This document shows, in pieces, positions 1-11,130 of a DNA stretch of 64,000 bases (position 1 is its first letter; each line of letters begins with the position of its first letter). The DNA is from Scyliorhinus canicula. Its lineage: Eukaryota. The notes under the pieces are model-generated. The model was not told where the DNA came from. It did no database searches and was given only the letters and a program-made list of their open reading frames with translations. Both the position numbers and the translations under genes were made by a program. The stretch lies in NCBI RefSeq assembly GCF_902713615.1, contig NC_052152.1:167832712-167896711 (forward strand). Reading direction: 5' to 3'.

Positions 1-460
1 GCCAAAATTCCAATCTTGTAACCACATAAGGAAATACAATATAAATGTCAACAATGAATGAAAAGAGGATTGATTGAAGATAACAGTCCTTCAAAGTACA
101 CATTTATTTTAAACTTCCCATGCCCCCTTCATGACCACTTCATCAGAAACTAGCTCTGATACATGGCAGCATTGGGTTCAGGCTGCTTCCTGCGGTCAGT
201 TATTGACCTGTAGAATGAAGTTGTTTGAGGTAAAACACTGCCAATGTGCGGAGCGATAGAATTGTTTTATTCAAGTAGTTGAGTTAGCCAGTCAATTTCA
301 TCCTTCCTGTATCTCTCACTCAAATTGATATGAACCAATTCTCATTTATCTTGGGAGAAGCAATTGTATGGCAGCATAAAAACATAGGCCGGAATTCTCT
401 GGCCATTTGCTGATCCCACCGGCAGCTCACCCCCGCCCGTGGGTTTTCGATGATGCGGGG

Positions 461-830
461 TGTTGTGTTCTTTGTTTTTGTTCTTTCAGGTTGGTGAAGG
501 TTGCAGTGCTAACAAAGAACAGCAAGCTGTGTTGAACGAACAAAGCTAATTTATTACACAACACTGAATTAGATTCAAACATATTACTAAGGAATTAATG
601 AAATAAAGTTTGCACTGCACATCTGCGCTATTAACTTTACTATTCGTTCAACTATCTCACGACAACTCTGTCTTGCTCTCTCCCACTCTCTCCAGCTATC
701 GCCATCTGTTTCCCAGAAGTCAAGGAGGCATGTAATATATATATGGTTTCTTTATAGCACCATCTAGTGACTAGAGTAGTAACATTATGTTAACCCTTTA
801 TGTGCTTTACAATATCCACATATTGTGACA
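461..830 (-). repeat. 3' LTR of Gypsy element
   Basis: 370 bp, aligns end to end with 3634-3999; TGT...ACA termini; adjacent PPT at 831-843. Confidence 0.9.
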
Positions 831-1412
831 TCCCCCTTCCTTTGAAAAAATTGAACTTGCTTTCAAATATACATACAGCTACTATATTGGAATTGTACAA
901 TAATGAACATCATTAAAAGTTGCACATGAGTTAAGTCCATGTTTTACAGTTCATTAATTGAGATGATCAGGTTTCTTTCTTGATTGCGTTGATCATCTCA
1001 ATCAAACTGTCAGTGAGTCAGAATTTTCCAATTTCTGATTGATATTTGAATCAGGAAGTTGAGTATCAGATATCTGAAAAGATAATATTCTTTTACTTGT
1101 GCTTGTGGTGTTGAAGTTGTGTCTACTTTGCCCGAAAAATCGGTGGTCTTTCAGCAAGTACCAACTGTGCTAATTTGTCAGAATGATGCTTTCTTTCAAA
1201 CAAAGTCCTGCAGTCCTTTGCTCGTTTGCTATCTGGATTGCTTTCCATCCTGCATGGTGTGTCAAGTGTGACTTACAAGTCCCAACACTTTGTGGTCATT
1301 GAATTGCAATGCATTGGTTAGTTGTTCTTTGGTTTCAAAGTCGTATCTTTGTGCAATTCTGTTGTTCTGTGGTTACTCTTTGTGTTCTCAAGTCCAGTTC
1401 CTTTTGGCTTAT

Positions 1413-1576
1413 CTGGATTGGATTGGATTTTGGATTTGTTTATTGTCACGTGTACCAAGGTACAGTGAAAAGTATTTTTCTGCAAGCAGCTCAACAGATC
1501 ATTCAGTACATTGAAGAAAAGGGAATTAAACAAAATTCAAGAAAATACATGAGAATACATAATAGGGCAACACAAG
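1413..1576 (-). mobile_element. LINE 3' end fragment (L2/CR1-like) inserted in the LTR element
   Basis: (GGATT)n-like microsatellite tail followed by gtttattgtcac..., i.e. AATAAAC on the minus strand; atctg on both sides. Confidence 0.5.
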
Positions 1577-1989
1577 ATCTGATTCATCTTTGAGTTTTTA
1601 AAATATCAGTTCCCTCTGGATTATCTGACGTATGTTTGATCTTTTTAATATCAGTTCCCTTTAGATTATCAGATGTATCTTTGAGCTCTTTGTGCTTCTC
1701 ATCTGGAATCAACTTCTTTAAGATGTCTTCATTTTCTTGTTGGCTGCTCACAATTGATTTGCTCCCAACTGATTTGTTCACTGTTGCACTCTTATTGTCA
1801 GCCTCTGCACAGTCCAGCTGCGAACTGTCAGTCTCGCCATTGTCCTGCACAGCTTGTGTGCTACTTGTGATCACTTCATCACTAGTTGCAAATGAAGTGG
1901 ATGGACCTTCATAGTCTTCCTCTACTGGCTCATCGCCTGATTCTTCACTGAGATCCGATGTTGCACTGGCGTGCAATTCCATCTGGTTA

Positions 1990-3475
1990 TTGGTTGTGTC
2001 ACTCTTCAGTGAACCAGCACATCGATTGGCGCTGTGAATCCTTTCCACAAGATTCAGCATTAAACAAGCATCAACACCTGGTAGAGACAATTTATTGGCA
2101 TCAACTATTTAACATTGTACTGGCAGGTGGGTACCATTGTTGCTAACTGTTGGACAACACAATCCTCTTGTGCTAATGATGTTGCCATTTTAGTCCCTCA
2201 ATTGCCATTTAGCAGCTTTCATTCGAGGAGGACACTATACTTTAGAGAGGTCTGATTCTATGATCAAATTAACATGAGCTCCAGTATCCGACTTGAAAAC
2301 ATTTTTTTTTTCTTTTTTCTTTTTATAAATTTAGATTATCCAATTATTTTTTCCAATTAAGGGGGCAATTTAGCTTGGCCAATCCACCTACTCTGCACAT
2401 TTTTGGGTTGTGGGGGCGAAACCCACGCAGACACGGGGAGAATGTGCAAACTCCACACGGACTGTGACCCAGAGCCAGGATCGAACCTGGGACCTCAGCG
2501 CCGTGAGGCGGTTGTGCTAACCACTAGGCCACCGTGCTTCCCCTTGAAAACATTTTTGACCCATTTACTCTTAAGGGTACATTTCAATCTTTCTTCGTAT
2601 GAACAGATGATATCTGCTTTAAATGTGATTTTTCAGCATTATCAATCTTCTTGACTGTATCAACAAAGAATGTGTCTTCTAAATCGTATTGTCGTGTTTC
2701 AACATAGGAATGAGAAATGTATTCTTCATTTCATCCGCTTTGCACACTTAGAATCTTCATGGCATTGTTCAAAAAGTTTTTCATTTACATTTGAGGCTTT
2801 TCTTTACTTGAATCACACTTTGAATCATAGTGATTACGTTTGCAACAGTTTGCGTCTACTTTCCCGATGGCTAGGCATTTTTGTCTCTGGTGGGCATGGC
2901 CACAACACGTGCATGTTATGACGTCATGCACATGTGCAAAACTGGTCAACTTCTGGAATGCCTTGATTCTTCAACTATCCATGTGCGGAATGTGATTCAC
3001 AGATTGTGTTGATTTTCCTTTTTTACAAAGATTCCTTGACAAAAATTTTCCTTTTTAATACTAAACACGATTTGGTCATGGAGGAGGGAGTCTGTCAGCA
3101 TAGAAAAGTTGCAAGTCTGCGCTTTTAAACAGAGACTCGGAACGAAAAAATCTACCCAGTCACCTTTTTGTACCCATTTTTAAAATATATATCTTTCCTA
3201 TGTTTCATTAATTTGAGCTTTACAATGCAGATCAAATCTTTCCATTACTGCAATAACATTTTTCATTTCGGCACTATTTTCAAAGCAAAACGTATTAAAC
3301 AGTTCTATGGCTTGAGGTCCATCCACGGTGAGAAGCAGCACAATTTTTCGCTGGACTCCAGAGCTAAAGCAGAGAGATACAACTGATACTTTTGCTTAAA
3401 ACTTCTCCAATTTACATCTAGTTTACCGGATGGTTTGAAGTGTTTGGGAGTCTGCAGACCTTCTATGCCTTCTTG
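1990..3475 (-). pseudogene. Gypsy gag and aspartic protease remnants
   Basis: Minus-strand translation gives GIEGLQTPKHFKPSGKLDVNWRSFKQKYQLYL...LLLTVDGPQAIELFNTF (gag N-terminus), CTCCGHAH...CLAIGK...NCCKRNHYDSKC (zinc knuckles, about 2820-2920), FKSDTGAHVNLI (DTG protease motif, about 2260-2300) and PGVDACLMLNLVERIH (protease end). Frameshifts and stops are present. Confidence 0.8.
2307..2542 (-). mobile_element. HE1-like V-SINE, short A-tailed subtype, with TSD
   Basis: tRNA-like head and V-domain, A-rich tail; TSD cttgaaaacattttt at 2292-2306 and 2543-2557. Confidence 0.9.
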
Positions 3476-3633
3476 TTTCACTCTGGGCTTCTAGATATGA
3501 CTGCACTTTGTAGAGTGCGATGTTTTTTTTTCACAACAATTTTCTTTTCTCAACAAAGTTTTTTTTCCCAACAACCTTCTTGCTAATCTAACTAAACCTC
3601 ACTAAAAACCTTTAGCACACTCTCCTAGCACCA

Positions 3634-3999
3634 TGTTGTGTTCTTTGTTTTTGTTCTTTCAGAATGGTGAAGATTGTAGTGCTAACAAAGAATAGCAAAG
3701 CTGTGTTTAATAAAGATAGCTAATTTATTACACTACATTGAATTAGATTTGAACTTATTACTGAGCAATTAGTTAAGTAAAGATTACACTACACATTTAC
3801 ATTATTAACTATACTATTAGTTCAACTATCTCACAACTACTCTGTCTTGCTCCACTCTCTCCAGCCATCTCCATCTGTCTCCCAGAAGTCAAGGAGGCAT
3901 GTGATATTTATATGGTTGCTCTATCGCACCATCTAGTGACTAGAGTAATAACATTACATTAACCCTTTATGTGCTTTACAACATCCACATAGTGTGACA
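3634..3999 (-). repeat. 5' LTR of Gypsy element
   Basis: 366-bp partner of 461-830; PBS immediately adjacent (3620-3633). Confidence 0.9.
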
Positions 4000-4639
4000 G
4001 TGGGGCGGTTGCAATGGGAGTCCCCATTGATAGTGGCAGGAACAGAAAATCCTGCCACCATCAAATGCCAACCGCCTCCCGCTGCTGAGTAACACATGGC
4101 TGGGAGATCGGAGAATCCTGCCTATTATTTTTTTTCAGAGATTTTGGACTTAATGGAACACAAAGTCAAGCTCGATGTAAGCAGGTGACTAACCTAAAAT
4201 ACACTGGCCAGAATTTTACTTTTCTCGTGCAGGCACCCGCTCAACGCGTAAAGTGCACCAAGTCGCAGGAGAAGACGTAGGACACGTGTCTTCACACACT
4301 TGTGAACCGTTTCACTCGGCAGGCACGCACAGGTGTTGAAAGTGCACATTGACAATCAAGTAGCCAATTTCTCCCATTGAGGGGCCAACTGAACACAATT
4401 TTACAATTCTCCAATTCTCCCTGTTCTTGGCACCCACAATCTCCCTGCCCTGCCCAGTAATGCACAGCCTTTCAAAGACTGCGACCAGGAACACATTTTG
4501 TGCCTGCCTCCAGTGTGCATGCCCGACGGATGATTCATTCAGGCCCAGTGGCGTGCGGGGGGGGGGGGGGGGGGGCAACGGTGCATTGGCCCCGGGCATC
4601 CATTGGATGGGGGCATCCAATCAGAGAAGGAAAAAAACA

Positions 4640-4885
4640 TTTTTTTTTTTTTTTTAATTTTTTTTTTTAAATTTAGATTACCCAATTATTTTTTTCAATT
4701 AAGGGGCAATTTAGCGTGGCCAATCCACCTACTCTGCACATTTTTTGGGTTGTGGGGGCGAAACCAACGCAGACACGGGGAAAATGTGCAAACTCCACAC
4801 GGACATTGACCCAGAGCCGGGATCGAACCTGGGACCTCAGTTCCGTGAGGCGGTTGTGCTAACCACTAGGCCACCGTGCTGCCCC
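4640..4885 (-). mobile_element. HE1-like V-SINE, short A-tailed subtype, inserted in the hAT 5' subterminal region
   Basis: Nearly identical to 2307-2542; TSD agagaaggaaa(a/t)aa on both sides. Confidence 0.9.
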
Positions 4886-5515
4886 AGAGAAGGAAATAAG
4901 ATAGTAATTTTAAAATTTCAGCGGTGATAAATCAATTTTTGGAGGCTCACCACACTGCAGAGGCAGTTGTTAGCCCTTTATTCCTTTAACATGGTGTACC
5001 CTTTCTGTCTAGAGAAAATGGTCCTTCTCCCCATCCCCCCACACGCATGCGGATGATGTACGTGGTGCAACCATCAAAAGCAACAAGCAGACGTGGCTGT
5101 TCATTCCTGCGTTTCCTCGAGTCATAACTCGTCTTTTCTTCAGCTTTTTGTGCATCTAGATTAGTTCTTTTACCTACTCAGGTCAGTGAATAGCTCTAGA
5201 ACAGGTGCAACTACGGTTTTGTATAGGTTTTTTGGCGATATTTAATGAAATATTTACGTGGGATGTAGTAAGAGTGAAGTCTGGATGATCAGAGGACTGC
5301 TATGGCATTTAATCTCGGAATAGGAGACATTTATTCCTTAACATGCTAATATTCGAATACAGATACCACTAATTTGCAAGTCTATGATATAAATTGCACA
5401 AAATTATCAGTGGAGAATCAGTGTGAAATAATTTGATACGAAGGAACAAAGAAATGAAATATGGTTTATCCGTCTGCAACTGACCGATTGTTTACCATTT
5501 TCTTCCCATTTTCTC

Positions 5516-7939
5516 ATGCGTCTTACGGTTTTTGAGATAGAAAATGAAATGTTACGAGTATTTCGTGTACAACCGAGTGGAGCACAGAACAGGAAAAAAA
5601 AGAGGGCCAGAGTCGAAGAAGAGTCCCATGAAAGAGGGGCATTAGATGCATGGATAAAAAGAAGTAAAGAAGAAGTAGGAGAACCTGGAGAAGTAAAAGA
5701 TGATGTGGGTGCAGAGAAGAATTTTTCTGATACGGATTCAGCTCGGTCAGAACATAATACTCTCTCTCCTCAGTCTCGTTGGCAGGATGATGATCCAGGT
5801 AAAGAAAGTAAAGAAGATATTTGCATATTTTTGCAAAGAAGCGATTTTGGCTGTTTGAAGAAACCGATTCCAGATCATTTGAAGATGACAATATTACAAC
5901 ATGGCCCTGAAAGATATCAGAATAAAAGTGGTCCATTTGCTGAGAAGGATGGGAGATCATTTTCCAAACAGTGGTTTGATAAAGTTTCCACAAATGGAGA
6001 AATTGTGGAGAGAAAATGGTTGTTATACTCTCCATATCGGAAAGCATTCTACTGTTTTGTTTGCTTTTTGTTTTCAAAGGAGCATTTGTCGTCTGTGTCA
6101 AACTTTGGAAAGGAAGACGGTTTCTCCACTTGGAGAAAATTAAATCCAACAATACATGACCATGAGAAAAGCCCTTCTCATAGAGCTCACATGAGGGAAT
6201 ACCTGGACCTTGTAGTTCGACTCCATCATTCAACTACGATAGATGCTGAACTTCAACAGCAAATGTCTGCTGAAAAGAAAAGATGGAAAGCTATAACTGA
6301 ACGGATTGTCGAGGTTATATCCTTTCTGGCAAAACAGAATCTGGCCTATTGTGGACATCGAGGAGAAGGAATATCTGGGTTATCAGAGCCAGGGGAGACA
6401 GTCAGTGAAAATACAGGAAACTTTCTAGCAACAATCAGACTTTTGGCCAAATATGATGACATCTTAGCAAAACACTTGCAGAGAGGGAAAGAGAAACCAA
6501 AAAGTGTCACCTACTTGTCCAACAGAATTCAAAACGAAATAATCAATCTTCTTGGTGAAACTGTCAAGAAAAATATAATTTCCGAAATTAAGGACGCAAA
6601 ATATTTTAGCATAATGCTGGATTCAACTCCAGATATTGCCCATGAAGATCAGGTTTCTGAAATTCTGCGTTACGTTCATATTGATGAAAACAGAAAAGTA
6701 GAAATAAAGGAGACATTTCTGGGATTTTTTCAAGTCAACAAGAAAGATGCAGTCAGCCTGGTAAATAAAATTCAGGAAAAATTGGAAGAAGACAAAATTT
6801 CCATGAATGACTGTCATGGTCAAGCATATGATAACGCAGCAGTTATGGCTGGAGTGAGAGGAGGTGTTCAACAAAAAATTCTTGAAGTTAACCCAAAAGC
6901 TGTGTTTGTGAACTGCGAGAACCACAGCCTCAATTTGGCCTGTGTCCATGCAAGTGAGGTGCAACCTGTTGTTGTTACATTTTTTGGCATTCTAGAAAAA
7001 CTCTTTACTTTTTTTTCTTCATCTACTTCTCGTTGGGAAGTGTTAAAATCATTTGTCACTCGGACTGTGAAAAGACAGTGTGACACAAGATGGAGTTCCA
7101 GCCATGATGCTGTGCAAGTAATCCACGAAGAGTGTGACAACATTATTGCAAGCCTTCAACACCTGCTGGAAGGAGAATTTTCAAGGGAAACTAAATCTGA
7201 TGCAGGATCGCTACTTAACTCTATTCAACAGTTCCCGTTTATAGCTTTATTAAATTTTTGGTACTCAGTTTTATCATCAGTGGAGAAAGTCTCAAAACGT
7301 TTGCAGGATCCGAAAATGGGGTTCCATGAAGCTTCTTGTGATCTGAGAGGACTTATTCATATCTTGAATTTGAAGAATGACGAAATTATCCACAATGCAA
7401 TAGATTTAGCCAATGAATATTCTGAAAATTGGGGAATACCAATTGCACGAACAAGGAGAAGAAGAAGAATGCCTGGAGAGTCAGCAAGAGATAGTGGACT
7501 GACGGCACAAGAAGAAATGAATAGAGTAATGGTAGAGATTGTGAACAGATTAAAAACTGAAATTGAAGACCGCAGTGTCCGTCTTCAAAGACTCAGTGAC
7601 CGATTTTCTTTTCTTCTGAACTTGAATTCAGTAGTGATTGAAGATGAACAAGGAAGAGAGAAATTAAAAAAGGAATGTTCAGACTTTGCAAATTATTATG
7701 ACAATGATGTGGTTGCAATTCAGTTATATGACGAAATTATTGATTTTGTGATGCTCCTTCGAGCTGGAGGGAATAGAGTTCCCCCTGATCCTAAAGATGC
7801 TCTGGAGTCTTTACTGCAGTATGGGAGGGATGGCTTTCCGACGCTGTGTGTTTCATACAGATTACTGCATACAATTGCATTTTCAGTCGCAAGCTGTGAA
7901 AGGTCATTTTCAAAACTGAAATTAATAAAACATATCTGA
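5516..7939 (+). CDS. hAT transposase (ZMYM1-like / DUF4371 type with TTF-type zinc finger); C-terminal frameshift
   Basis: 807-aa ORF with WLLYS...YCFVCFLF...HEKSPSH zinc finger, catalytic MLDSTPD and AYDNAAVM, CENH (CxxH), TRW and SCERSFSKLKLIK. The conserved tail TYLRSSMSQERLTNLALISIE continues in another frame to a stop at 8074-8076. Confidence 0.92.
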   Translation: MRLTVFEIENEMLRVFRVQPSGAQNRKKKRARVEEESHERGALDAWIKRSKEEVGEPGEVKDDVGAEKNFSDTDSARSEHNTLSPQSRWQDDDPGKESKEDICIFLQRSDFGCLKKPIPDHLKMTILQHGPERYQNKSGPFAEKDGRSFSKQWFDKVSTNGEIVERKWLLYSPYRKAFYCFVCFLFSKEHLSSVSNFGKEDGFSTWRKLNPTIHDHEKSPSHRAHMREYLDLVVRLHHSTTIDAELQQQMSAEKKRWKAITERIVEVISFLAKQNLAYCGHRGEGISGLSEPGETVSENTGNFLATIRLLAKYDDILAKHLQRGKEKPKSVTYLSNRIQNEIINLLGETVKKNIISEIKDAKYFSIMLDSTPDIAHEDQVSEILRYVHIDENRKVEIKETFLGFFQVNKKDAVSLVNKIQEKLEEDKISMNDCHGQAYDNAAVMAGVRGGVQQKILEVNPKAVFVNCENHSLNLACVHASEVQPVVVTFFGILEKLFTFFSSSTSRWEVLKSFVTRTVKRQCDTRWSSSHDAVQVIHEECDNIIASLQHLLEGEFSRETKSDAGSLLNSIQQFPFIALLNFWYSVLSSVEKVSKRLQDPKMGFHEASCDLRGLIHILNLKNDEIIHNAIDLANEYSENWGIPIARTRRRRRMPGESARDSGLTAQEEMNRVMVEIVNRLKTEIEDRSVRLQRLSDRFSFLLNLNSVVIEDEQGREKLKKECSDFANYYDNDVVAIQLYDEIIDFVMLLRAGGNRVPPDPKDALESLLQYGRDGFPTLCVSYRLLHTIAFSVASCERSFSKLKLIKHI

Positions 7940-8868
7940 GGTCTTCTATGTCGCAGGAGCGACTGACCAACCTGGCTTTAATAAGCATTGAAAAAAAATT
8001 TCTCATAGCTGATGTAAAAAGTGAAGTAGTTCAGGTGTTTTGTGACAGGAGGTATCATTTGGGGAAAATAACTTAATAAATTTGATTGATTAATATTAAA
8101 ATCGAATAAAGCGTTTATTTCATGTTTCATCTGTGTTTATATATTCAAAATGTTTTCCTTTCTCATAATATTTCTCAGTATATTAGGCCTTATACTTGAG
8201 TGTTTGGGGCATATAATCAAGATTTGCCCCGGGCATCACCAGACCTCTGCACGCCGCTTTTCAGGCCACAGTTCTTGCAAAGTCATTAAGGTAAAATTAC
8301 CCCTTTTGATTTTAAAGACTCACTTTTCAAATTAAGCTAAAATGTTTCAATGTAGAATGTTGGCATCCATATAAATGTACCAGATATAATTTGTAATGGG
8401 CACAAAGATACCAAGAGCTGAATTCATTATAGAAAATAATTCTTATAATGAATGGACTTTTGGGGTCATTACATAAGAAACACTTTAGTCTTTTTTAACA
8501 AGTATGTGGCTTTATTTGTGCATTAATTTAGTTAATTTATAGGAAATATATAATTCTACTGCAATAAAGCTGAGTTCATGGAAACCCTGAGTCCCTGGCT
8601 TTCTGACAGCTGATCCTCCTCCCTATCCCTCACACCACAGCTGTGACCTCCGGATTCCCTGATCTCCCTCTCCCCCAGCCCCAAGCTGCATGCTCCATGA
8701 CCCCCCCGCGATAACTTTCCCACCTCAGCAGCCAAGAAGACTTGTGGCAAATGCTCCTCTAAGATTCATTTAATAAGTATCTGAGGCTGGACTGTTCCTT
8801 TAGGAGCTCTGCTGTTCTGCAGAAGACAATAAAACACTGTCTACCAAATTGCTAGTCACATGTCACAT

Positions 8869-9220
8869 GGGCAGCACGGTAGCATAGTGGTTAGCACAAT
8901 CGCTTCACAGCTCCAGGGTCCTAAGTTCGATTGCCGGCTTGGGTCACTGTCTGTGTGGAGTCTGCACGTTCTCCCCGTGTCTGCGTGGGTTTCCTCCAGG
9001 TGCTCCGGTTTCCTCCCACAGTCCAAAGATGTGCAGGTTAGGTGGATTGGCCATGTTAAATTGCCCTTAGTGTCCAAAATTGCCCTTAGTGTTGGGTGGA
9101 GTTACTGGATTATGGGGATAGGGTGGAGGTGTGGTCCTGGGTAGGGTGCTCTCTCCAAGAGCCAGTGCAGACTCGATGGCCCGAATGGCCTCCTTCTGCA
9201 CTGTAAATTCTATGATCTAC
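8869..9220 (+). mobile_element. HE1 V-SINE, full length with CR1/HER1-type tail
   Basis: GGGCAGCACGGTAGCATAGTGGTTAGC head, B-box-like GTTCGATT, V-domain GGGTTTCCTCC...GGATTGGCCATG, tail GAATGGCCTCCTTCTGCACTGTAAATTCTATG. Confidence 0.9.
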
Positions 9221-9224
9221 ATTA

Positions 9225-9572
9225 GGGCAGCACGGTAGCACAGGGGCAGCACAGTAGCACAGGTGAATAGCATTGTGGCTTCATAGCGCCAGGGTCCCAA
9301 GTTCGATTCCCTGCTGGGTCACTGTCTGTGTGGAGTCTGCACGTTCTCCCCGTGTCTGTGTGGATTTCCTTCGGGTGCTCCGGTTTCCTCCCACAGTCCA
9401 AAGATGTGCAGCTTAGGTGGATTGGCCATGATAAATTGCCCTTAGTGACCAAAAAGGGTAGGAGGGGTTATTGGGTTATGGGGATAGGGTGGAAGTGAGT
9501 GCTTAAGTGGATCGGTGCAGACTCTATGGGCCAAATGGCCTCCTTCTGCACCCTATGTTCTATGTTCTATGT
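9225..9572 (+). mobile_element. HE1 V-SINE, full length, tandem with the previous copy
   Basis: Same head, core and tail; (TTCTATG)n end; duplicated 5' head. Confidence 0.9.
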
Positions 9573-10196
9573 CCTCAACTCATATCTGTGATCATCATTT
9601 GCCACCGCTTCTCACAATTAAAAATGAAATCTCCGTGCAAATTTTAAATGCAAAACAATCTTGCTTTTTGTGATGCATCAGTGATGTTAATGACTTTTCT
9701 CACAGCAGTTGCCCTCAGTGCTAAGGCACAAAGCCAGTATAGCCCCTGGGGGGGGGGGGGGGGGGGAGAGGGAAATGCCTGGGCAGTCCCCCGGCACAGG
9801 TTGACACTGCCAAACCGCAACAAGGGGGCCATGTCAGGGGCGATCCCTCATGTGGGCTCCAATTGTGGGTGGGGGGCTAATTTCCATTAATGTATGGTGG
9901 GAAGAGAGAGGGTTGTGAGGGGGGAGCTTGCAGCCACAGGGGCAGGGTGGTGGTTGGGGGGGGGGGGGGGGGGGGTAGAGCAGGCACTGAGGTGAGGGAG
10001 TTCTGGTGATTCTTCTGTGGTTGTGGGGAGAGGGAGAGCCCCCGATACTTGGCAAAATTGGCTGCCCAATACCTCCGTAGTGGGAGCTGGGAGTCGTTCA
10101 GTTTTACTTCTGATAGGGACGCCCTTTAATAACGGAGCCCTGACCTCTGTGGATCCAGATGTCAGCACTATCAGAGTGATGGCACTGGAGCTACTT

Positions 10197-10335
10197 TAGG
10201 CAGGCCAGCAGCACGGTTCAATTCCCGAACCAGCCTCCCCGAACAGGTGCCGGAATGTGGCGACTAGGAGCTTTTCACAATAACTTCATTTGAAGCCTAT
10301 TTGTGACAATAAGCGATTTTCATTTCATTTCATTC
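10197..10335 (+). mobile_element. Short tRNA-derived SINE (5' truncated), (CATTT)n tail
   Basis: Matches the 3' two-thirds of the copy at 51497-51681. Confidence 0.8.
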
Positions 10336-11130
10336 ATAAACCCTGCCCACTCATTCTTTTTCTTTAAAGAGGCTCAAGATCTGGAGAGGAAACTGGCCTG
10401 TGTAACTGGGGAGCTACACACATGTTTTCAGTCTGAGCCTGACACTTTGTCAAATGCTGGTCAGATTCTACCCATTGTGCACAACATCTCAGCTGTGGCT
10501 CTCTCGAGGTAAATTTTCCTCTGGAATGTTTGAGATTTAGCTGATGGCTGACTCCTAACAATAGATATGTGGGAATTAAGTGGCTATGTATGAAGTAGTA
10601 ATGTATTTTAAAAGTAATTGTACCGTTATTGTTATGGTTTTAGATGTGGCAGTCATAGGTCTGGATTTACAGATAAAGCTGAAGCCAAGATGTGGGAAGC
10701 TTTGCAATACACATTCAGCACAAGGCTCGACATAGAGCTATCTCTTGTCATGATCTTTTGTCATGTGTTCTTAACATCACCGATTATGTAGATGTTTACG
10801 TACATATTTAATATTGACCCTTTGTACAGCATCTCCCCCAAGTCCCATTTTCCAATAAATAATCTTTACATTATCCCACATAGCCCCCTCCAGAAATAAA
10901 GCCTTTATCTCTGGTTCACAGAGATAAGCATTGTGGCGGTTTCACCAATATGCCTAACCTTGCTGTCAGCTCTCTGGAGGCTGCATAGGATTCAACTGCT
11001 CCATGCTCCCTCTCGGTCCCAGCAGAGTATCATGTGAATGTTCACAGCCTTTTTGTTCTCGATTCATGTTGTCTCCCTGATTATATGGTTAGTTGGTCCA
11101 TTCCATTAATGGTCTTCTTGTAGATATTTA

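Larger units (their letters stand above)
461..3999 (-). mobile_element. Non-autonomous Gypsy-type LTR retrotransposon (gag-protease only), two LTRs
   Basis: Direct repeats 461-830 and 3634-3999 with TG...CA ends. On the minus strand, a PBS (TGGTGCTAGGAGAG) follows the 5' LTR and a PPT (AAAGGAAGGGGGA) precedes the 3' LTR. Flanks are gcgggg/gtgggg, a probable TSD with a CpG transition. Confidence 0.9.
387..4122. mobile_element. Short Harbinger-type MITE (about 200 bp) split by the LTR element at 461-3999
   Basis: Left end GGCCGGAATTCTC (387) and right end GAGAATCCTGCC (4122). The two halves resemble the intact short MITEs at 41954, 43710 and 49905. Confidence 0.65.
4546..8259 (+). mobile_element. 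Full-length hAT DNA transposon
   Basis: 8-bp TSD ttcaggcc at 4538-4545 and 8260-8267. TIRs CAGTGGCGTGC / GCACGCCGCTT. Subterminal GCCCCGGGCATC motif at both ends. Internal transposase ORF. Confidence 0.95.

Noticed and set aside
5523-7143. Antisense and alternative-frame ORFs overlapping the transposase
   Set aside because: Shadow ORFs with no recognisable motifs.
5516-7939. Host gene ZMYM1
   Set aside because: TIRs and a TSD flank it and no MYM zinc fingers are present; it is a transposase.
8869-8945. tRNA genes at SINE heads
   Set aside because: The A/B boxes belong to tRNA-derived SINEs; no complete cloverleaf or terminator.
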